A stretch of DNA of 64,000 bases from Bacteriovoracia bacterium (GTDB lineage Bacteria > Bdellovibrionota > UBA1018 > JBFWNL01): positions 288,001 to 352,000 of the forward strand of contig JBFWNL010000004.1 of the NCBI GenBank assembly GCA_050251055.1, in the 5' to 3' direction. Shown here piece after piece: positions 61,482 through 64,000 of the stretch. Under the pieces are notes generated by a model. It had not been told where the DNA came from. It saw only the letters and a list, made by a program, of their open reading frames with translations, and made no database searches. The position numbers and the translations under genes are program-made. Numbering within the stretch: position 1 is the stretch's first letter; each line of letters opens with the position of its first letter.

Positions 61482-64000
61482 GCGAAGCGCAGCCATTGGC
61501 CACCATCGCCGGGGGCGCCGGCAAGACGCCACCCGTAAAAGGCATGATGAAATTCATCATCGCGCTGGGATTGATTGGTACCGCGGCGATCGGACTCATT
61601 GGTGCCCTGGTGTTCTGGCAGGTTTCCCGAAGCTTGCCGCAGATTATATCGTTGGCTGACTACAAGCCGCTCGGCGTGACCCAGGTGATCGCGCAGAGCG
61701 GAAGCGAGCGCCAAGTGGTCGGAGAGTTTTTCAAGGAAAAGCGGTTTCTAGTCCCTTACGACAAACTCACCAAGCGGGTCATCGACGCGTTCGTGTCCGC
61801 CGAAGATGACACCTTCTTCCAGCACCAGGGGATCAGCCTGGTCTCCATCATGCGCGCCGGCATCGCTAACTTCCGCGCCGGTCACGTCGTGCAGGGGGGC
61901 AGCACGATCACGCAGCAGGTGGCGAAATCACTTTTCCTCAGTCCCGAGCGAAACCTCGTACGCAAGCTGAAGGAAGCGATCCTCGCCGGACGGATTGAAA
62001 AAAACCTTACGAAGCAGCAGATCTTGTATCTTTATTTGAACCAGATTTACCTGGGTCACGGCGCTTACGGAATCCAAGCCGCCAGCCGCGTTTTCTTCAA
62101 TAAGGATGTATCCGAGCTTTCGCTCGCCGAGGCCGCGCTGCTCGCTGGCATGCCGCGCGCGCCCAGCAAGTTCAGCCCGCTGCTGAACCCCAAACGAGCC
62201 AAGGAGCGCCAGCTCTATGTGCTCAAGCGCATGTACGAAAACGGCTTCATAAAAAAAGAAGAGATGGTCGAGGCGGGATCGCAACCCCTCAAGATCCACA
62301 CCGTCGAAGAATTAAATGATCAGTACGGGCCCTATTACGTCGAGCATCTGCGCAAGTACCTCACGAAAAAATACGGTGAAAAGGCGGTTTTGGAAGAAGG
62401 CCTGACGGTGTACGTGCCCCCGAAGCCGCGCTACTTCAAGGTCGCCCAAGATAGCTTGCGTCGCGGCCTGCATGACCTGGATCACCGCCAGGGATACCGG
62501 GGCCCGCTGCAGGTGCTCAAGACCGAAGAGGAGATCAAGGAGTTCCGCGATCGTGGCCGGGAGGAGATGATCCGCAAAAAGATCAAGCACTCCCTGTTTC
62601 TGCCGGACGGTCGCATGGACATGAACGAGGCGCTCGTACAGGCGGGTATCACGAACGATGCGCAGGCCGTGGATCCCGATCGGATGTACGAAGCCGTCGT
62701 GCTTCGCGTGGACGACGCAAAGAAGGAAGCGATAATCGGCCTGGGATCACTCGAGTTTTCACTGCCGATTCGTAAGATGCTTTGGGCGCGCAAGGAAGCC
62801 TCCCCGGGCGTGCTGAAGCCGGCCCCGGATAGGCCGTCACAGGTGGTGGCCAAGGGCGACGTAGTGCTCGTTCGCATCGTGAAAGCGGAGACGGGCGGCC
62901 AATGGATCGCCGAGCTCGATCAGTATCCGCAGGTCCAAGGTGGGTTGTTTTCCATGGAGGCCGAGTCGGGGTACGTACTGGCGATGGAAGGCGGCTATGA
63001 TTTTTCCAAGTCGGAATACAACCGGGCCGTGCAGGCGATGCGCCAGCCAGGTTCGGCGTTCAAACCCATTATTTACGCCGCCGCCGTCGAAAAGGGGTAT
63101 ACGCCTTCGACGATCATCGTAGATTCCCCGATCGTGTTTAAAGACGATGAAATCGGAAAGTGGAAACCAAATAACTTCACCGAGAAGTTCTACGGTGACA
63201 CGACCTTCCAGCAGGCGCTCGAGCATTCCCGCAATGTCCCCACCGTGAAGATCCTGCAAGACGTGCAAATATCCAGCGTGATCGAGTTCTCGCGTCGCCT
63301 GGGGTTTACGGGAAAGATCAACGAGGATCTGTCGATTTCCCTGGGTTCGGCCACGACTTCGCTGGTGGAGCTGAGCCAGATTTATTCCACTTTCCCCCGC
63401 ATGGGCCAACGGGTGACGCCAATCTTCGTAACGAAGGTGATCGATCGCGACGGCAATGTGCTTGAAGAAAACCTTCCCCAGAAGCTGGATGAAGGCATGA
63501 TCGCGTCCGCGGTCGCTCAAGCGCAGCTGCAGGCAAACCCAAATCAAGGCGCCGAGCAGGTTCCCCAGGCGGCAACGGCGAATCCAGTTCCGGGCGAAGC
63601 CCAAGCCGCCGCCCCGCCCACGGCGAGTCCTCCGGCCGTCGAGCAAAAGGTGGCGTTACCGAGCTATCCCAATGAAAAATTCCCTAACCTCCTCATGGAT
63701 CCGCGCGTGGCTTCCGTCATGACCCAGATGATGAAGGACGTGGTGGATTTTGGTACAGGGCACGACGCGAAGACTTTGGGCCGGATGAGCGCCGGGAAAA
63801 CCGGCACCACGAACGACTATGTCGACGCCTGGTTCATGGGCTTCACGCCGGACGTAGTGACCGGGGTGTGGGTGGGATTTGACGAACCGACCCGGACCTT
63901 GGGCAAGGGGGAGACGGGCGCGCGGGCGGCGCTGCCCATCTGGCTTGCGTACATGCGCGAGGTGGTGAAGGACTATCCGGACACACCTTTCAAGGTTCCG
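61478..64000 (+). CDS. mrcA: Class A penicillin-binding protein 1A (runs off window edge)
   Basis: Not in the ORF track (no stop in window). AEDDTFFQHQG, GGSTITQQ, RKLKE, RQPGSAFKP, SRN and GKTGT. Confidence 0.95.
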   Translation, partial: MSEAQPLATIAGGAGKTPPVKGMMKFIIALGLIGTAAIGLIGALVFWQVSRSLPQIISLADYKPLGVTQVIAQSGSERQVVGEFFKEKRFLVPYDKLTKRVIDAFVSAEDDTFFQHQGISLVSIMRAGIANFRAGHVVQGGSTITQQVAKSLFLSPERNLVRKLKEAILAGRIEKNLTKQQILYLYLNQIYLGHGAYGIQAASRVFFNKDVSELSLAEAALLAGMPRAPSKFSPLLNPKRAKERQLYVLKRMYENGFIKKEEMVEAGSQPLKIHTVEELNDQYGPYYVEHLRKYLTKKYGEKAVLEEGLTVYVPPKPRYFKVAQDSLRRGLHDLDHRQGYRGPLQVLKTEEEIKEFRDRGREEMIRKKIKHSLFLPDGRMDMNEALVQAGITNDAQAVDPDRMYEAVVLRVDDAKKEAIIGLGSLEFSLPIRKMLWARKEASPGVLKPAPDRPSQVVAKGDVVLVRIVKAETGGQWIAELDQYPQVQGGLFSMEAESGYVLAMEGGYDFSKSEYNRAVQAMRQPGSAFKPIIYAAAVEKGYTPSTIIVDSPIVFKDDEIGKWKPNNFTEKFYGDTTFQQALEHSRNVPTVKILQDVQISSVIEFSRRLGFTGKINEDLSISLGSATTSLVELSQIYSTFPRMGQRVTPIFVTKVIDRDGNVLEENLPQKLDEGMIASAVAQAQLQANPNQGAEQVPQAATANPVPGEAQAAAPPTASPPAVEQKVALPSYPNEKFPNLLMDPRVASVMTQMMKDVVDFGTGHDAKTLGRMSAGKTGTTNDYVDAWFMGFTPDVVTGVWVGFDEPTRTLGKGETGARAALPIWLAYMREVVKDYPDTPFKVP

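Overview
This is the replication-origin region of a GC-rich bacterium. Gene order (dnaA-oriC-dnaN-recF-gyrB-gyrA-TPR-atpIBE; rpmH-rnpA-yidD-yidC-mnmE ... mnmG-rsmG-parA-parB-bactofilin-atpF'FHAGDC) and a TIGR02147-type gene suggest Bdellovibrionota/Oligoflexia (inference). Most of the window is housekeeping. Four things stand out. (1) At 1-5362, an intact nuoA-B-C-D-H-I-J-K-L' operon lacks nuoEFG, keeps all Fe-S ligands, and appears to have lost the quinone-site residues and the central proton-transfer acids: a candidate non-canonical complex I paralogue. (2) After tRNA-Gly(CCC), a small accessory islet carries a TIGR02147-type regulator bracketed by a perfect 15-bp inverted repeat that also forms the RBS of both flanking ORFs. 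It also holds a lipoprotein, an unannotated 37-aa ORF and a secreted Cys-His-Glu papain-like protein. (3) An hbd-crt-bcd-isobutyryl-CoA-mutase cluster lies between mnmE and mnmG. (4) Smaller oddities include a UvrA without its insertion domain, fabH inside the gyrase operon, and an inactive patatin lipoprotein coupled to PBP1A. All residue comparisons were made by eye against remembered consensus sequences; no database searches were run.
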